64,000 bases of DNA from NCBI GenBank assembly GCA_964291285.2, contig OZ219786.1:576001-640000 (forward strand). Reading direction: 5' to 3'. Of this stretch, positions 61,114 through 64,000 are shown piece after piece; positions within the stretch are counted from its first letter, which is position 1, and each line of letters opens with the position of its first letter. This DNA comes from Alphaproteobacteria bacterium. GTDB taxonomy: Bacteria; Pseudomonadota; Alphaproteobacteria; Bin95. Position numbers and translations under genes: made by a program. Under the pieces are notes generated by a model. The model did no database searches. It was not told the origin of the DNA and saw nothing but the letters and a program-made list of their open reading frames with translations.

Positions 61114-61217
61114 TAGCGGTGCTAAGGCATTGATACAGCGTTTTTTCCTCGTGCGACAGCGGGTCGGGGGTGCAACTGCAATCTCCCCCGCCTGCAACCG
61201 GATGCAGGAGGAAATCC

Positions 61218-62336
61218 ATGCCCAATGTCCGCCTCAGCGCGAGCCGGATCGAGGCTCTCAGGCCCCGCAAATCCCCATACGACGTGCGCGACAGCGACCT
61301 GAAGGGCTTCGGCGTCCGCGTCCTGCCCACGGGCGCCAAGCGTTTCTTCATCCACAGCCAGCACGAGGGGCGCCGGGTCTGGAAGACGGTGGGCGACGCC
61401 GGCGGCATCGGCCTCGACGAGGCCCGCCGGCAGGCGGCGGAACTGCTTGCCGCGCTCCGCCGCGACGAAATACCCGCCCTGCCGGAAGACAGGGTCTTCG
61501 GGGCCGTGGCAGAGGAGGTGTTTTCTCGCTACGGGCGTCACTGGAAGCCCGGAACCATGAAGGTCAACCGGAACTATCTGCGCAACCAGATTCTTCCCCG
61601 GTTCGGCGGGATGAACATAGCCGACATCACGAAAGCCGATGTGCAGCGCTGGTTCGCGTCCCTTTGCGCGACGCCCGTCGCTGCCGACCGGTCCATGCCG
61701 ATCCTCTCCGTTATCATGCGCCAGGCCGAGCTTTACGGCTACCGCCCGGAGGGCAGCAATCCCTGCACCGGCATCCGGCGCTACCGGCGCGAGGGTCGGG
61801 AGCGGTTTCTTTCCGCGACCGAGCTTCGCCGCCTCGCGCGCGTGCTCGAAGATCATGAAGACCGGCATTCGCGCAGCGTCGCGTTCATCCGCCTGCTGCT
61901 ACTGACCGGCTGCCGCAAGACCGAAATACTGACGCTGCAATGGCCCGACTTCCGGGAGGGCCGCCTGTTCCTGCGCGACGGCAAGGCCGGTCCCCGGACG
62001 GTCTGGCTGTGCTCGCCCGCGCGCGACATCCTCGACGGGCTTGCGCGCGAGGGCAGGTGGGTCTTCCCCTCCACGCAGCGGCAGGGGCCGGTCTCGATAA
62101 CGATCTTCGAGACCTTCTGGCGGCGGGTCCGGGAGAAGGCGGAGATTGCCGATGTTCGCCTGCACGACCTCCGTCATACATATGCCAGCATCGCCATCAT
62201 GGGAGGCGAAACCGTCACGACGACGGCACGCCTGCTCGGGCACAACGACGCGCAGACGACACTGAAATACGTCCATCTCCGCGACCGTTCGGTCCGGGAG
62301 GCCACTGACGCTCTCGCCGGCATTCTCGGGGAGTGA
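61218..62336 (+). CDS. Tyrosine recombinase/integrase 1 with N-terminal arm-binding-type domain
   Basis: AGGAGG RBS; 'GFGVRVLPTGAKRF'; catalytic GCRKTE, K, HDLRH, LGH, Y. Confidence 0.93.
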   Translation: MPNVRLSASRIEALRPRKSPYDVRDSDLKGFGVRVLPTGAKRFFIHSQHEGRRVWKTVGDAGGIGLDEARRQAAELLAALRRDEIPALPEDRVFGAVAEEVFSRYGRHWKPGTMKVNRNYLRNQILPRFGGMNIADITKADVQRWFASLCATPVAADRSMPILSVIMRQAELYGYRPEGSNPCTGIRRYRREGRERFLSATELRRLARVLEDHEDRHSRSVAFIRLLLLTGCRKTEILTLQWPDFREGRLFLRDGKAGPRTVWLCSPARDILDGLAREGRWVFPSTQRQGPVSITIFETFWRRVREKAEIADVRLHDLRHTYASIAIMGGETVTTTARLLGHNDAQTTLKYVHLRDRSVREATDALAGILGE

Positions 62337-62339
62337 GCC

Positions 62340-63563
62340 ATGCCGACACGCAAGAGGCTCACCGACGCCGGCATCGCGAAGCTCAGGCCGCAGGCGCGCG
62401 AATACACGGTATGGGATACCCGGGTGGCCGGGCTCGGGGTCCGGGTCCGGCCTTCCGGCAGCCGGACCATCATCTACCACCGCAAGACGGCCGACGGCGT
62501 TCGGAAGAAGTCCTTCGGCCCGGCGGCGCTGCGAACGGTCGCGGACGTGCGCCATGCCTGTCTCGCGGAAGCGTCCGGGGTGTCCGGCGCGGAGGACAGC
62601 TCCCGCGAGGCGGTGCCGCTGTTGCGGGATTTTGTCGTCGGCCCCTGGAAGGCGGCCTGCTTCGACCGCTGCAAGCCCACGACGCAGAGGGGGTTCAGGA
62701 GCGATCTGAAGCGCCAGCTGCTTCCGGCCTTCGGCGCTCGGCGCCTCGACCGGATCACGCGCGCCATGGTGCTCCGCTGGTTCGAGGACTACAGCAGGAC
62801 AGCGCCCGGCAACGCCAACAAGGCGCTGAAACTGCTGCGGCAGATCCTCAACCATGCCATCGCCTGCGGCCATATCAGCGCCAACCCGGCGAGAGGCATC
62901 CGACACAATCCCGGCCGGAAGATGACGCGGTTCCTGTCCCGTGAGGAAATCGCCCGCCTTCACCGCGTCCTCAACCGGTACACCGAAGGCTCCGCATCCG
63001 AGGCCCAGCAGGCCGACGTCATCCGCCTGCTGCTGCTCACCGGCTGCCGCAAGAGCGAGATCGTGTATCTCCGCCGGAAGGAAGTCAGGGACGACCGGAT
63101 CGAACTCGCGGATACCAAGACCGGGCCGAGAACGGTCCTGCTCAATGCCCCAGCCAGAGAGATCGTCGCGCGACGCATGGCGGAGGGGACCGGCCCCTGG
63201 CTGTTCGCCTCCACAAGATACCCATCCCGTTCCCGATGCCCCAAGCTCTTGCTCTGGTACCGGGTGCGACGCGAGGCCGGCATCGAGGACGTGCGCCTCC
63301 ACGACCTTCGCCACACGGTCGCCAGCCAGGCGGCGATGAACGGCGTGCCCCTGCCAGTCGTCGCCCGCATGCTTGGACACAGCAACGTACGAATGACGAT
63401 GCTTTACGCCCATGTCGGAGACCGCGAGATCGAGGCTGCGGCAGAGCGGGTCGGACAGACCATCGCAGCGATAATCGGCATCGAAGAACCGGAAGCGACG
63501 GCTCCTCCTTCACAAAGGCAAGAGACCATGCCCGAGAGGCCGTCACCGATGCGTGGGGTGTGA
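62340..63563 (+). CDS. Tyrosine recombinase/integrase 2 with N-terminal arm-binding-type domain
   Basis: 'GLGVRVRPSGSRT'; GCRKSE, DTKTG, HDLRH, LGH, Y. Confidence 0.93.
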   Translation: MPTRKRLTDAGIAKLRPQAREYTVWDTRVAGLGVRVRPSGSRTIIYHRKTADGVRKKSFGPAALRTVADVRHACLAEASGVSGAEDSSREAVPLLRDFVVGPWKAACFDRCKPTTQRGFRSDLKRQLLPAFGARRLDRITRAMVLRWFEDYSRTAPGNANKALKLLRQILNHAIACGHISANPARGIRHNPGRKMTRFLSREEIARLHRVLNRYTEGSASEAQQADVIRLLLLTGCRKSEIVYLRRKEVRDDRIELADTKTGPRTVLLNAPAREIVARRMAEGTGPWLFASTRYPSRSRCPKLLLWYRVRREAGIEDVRLHDLRHTVASQAAMNGVPLPVVARMLGHSNVRMTMLYAHVGDREIEAAAERVGQTIAAIIGIEEPEATAPPSQRQETMPERPSPMRGV

Positions 63564-64000
63564 GGAAACCGCGCCGAATAGTGTCCTGAACGGGCTTCGT
63601 GACCGCTCAATCCATCGGGCGACGAACGCCGTTGTGTAACCGGCGTTTAGCCCGAGCGGCGCTTCAGGGGCGGCGACCTCCGCGCACTTGCGGAGGCAGT
63701 CCTCGAACCGCTGCGCGGCTTCCGGGTGATACCAAGCAGGCCATGGCTGCACTTGCGGAGCCCTCTCACTATTGTGCCCGTTCAACGACGATGCGCGACC
63801 ACCCACCGCTGCCTGGATCCGCCATGTTCGTCTATACCAAATCCACTTTGGCGAGTTCCGAGCGTGCGAAGGGCGCGCTGAAGAGTTCGACGCGCTGGTT
63901 GCGGAGGCCAGAGCCTTCCAGGATTCACTGCGCCCGGGCGCCGGCGACTGAGCCGGTCCGGCATCCGGAAGCGCAGCATCGCGGGTCTTCCACCGCAAAC

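Larger units (their letters stand above)
61113..64000. mobile_element. Left part of integrative element with tandem tyrosine recombinases
   Basis: Abrupt end of M20 homology followed by two integrases; the missing M20 5' half is not in the window. Confidence 0.7.

Noticed and set aside
60392-61408. Intact 338-aa M20 peptidase
   Set aside because: The first ~100 aa are antisense to integrase 1 and its leader, and the N-terminal metal-binding motifs are missing

Overview
GC-rich alphaproteobacterial chromosomal segment; the lineage is inferred from synteny such as DUF2155-mlaD-NDUFA12-nrdJ, rpsT-dnaA, xseB-ispA-dxs-tlyA and rluA-rpoH. Most of it is housekeeping and metabolic genes: a peptide ABC transporter, class II RNR with tandem NrdR boxes, mreBCD-mrdA-rodA, pmbA, a phasin, GGT, tRNA-Thr(CGT), dnaA, redox/catabolic enzymes, hydantoinase A/B, rpoH and degQ. 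Four accessory signals stand out. (1) A ~0.6-0.75 kb element is present twice in inverted orientation (about 10397-11016 on + and 23232-23969 on -). It comprises an AT-rich promoter, a ~250-nt conserved self-complementary leader, an eroded terminase-small-subunit-like ORF, 10-bp-periodic CATGACA repeats and REP-like hairpins, with no phage genes nearby. (2) An IS110/IS1111 relic sits in copy 1 and an enoyl-CoA hydratase pseudogene lies beside it. (3) A complete IS1634-family element has 19-bp perfect terminal inverted repeats and a TTAG target duplication. (4) At the right edge, an element carrying two tandem intact-looking tyrosine recombinases appears to have split an M20 peptidase gene. All calls come from reading the sequence by eye; no database searches were run.
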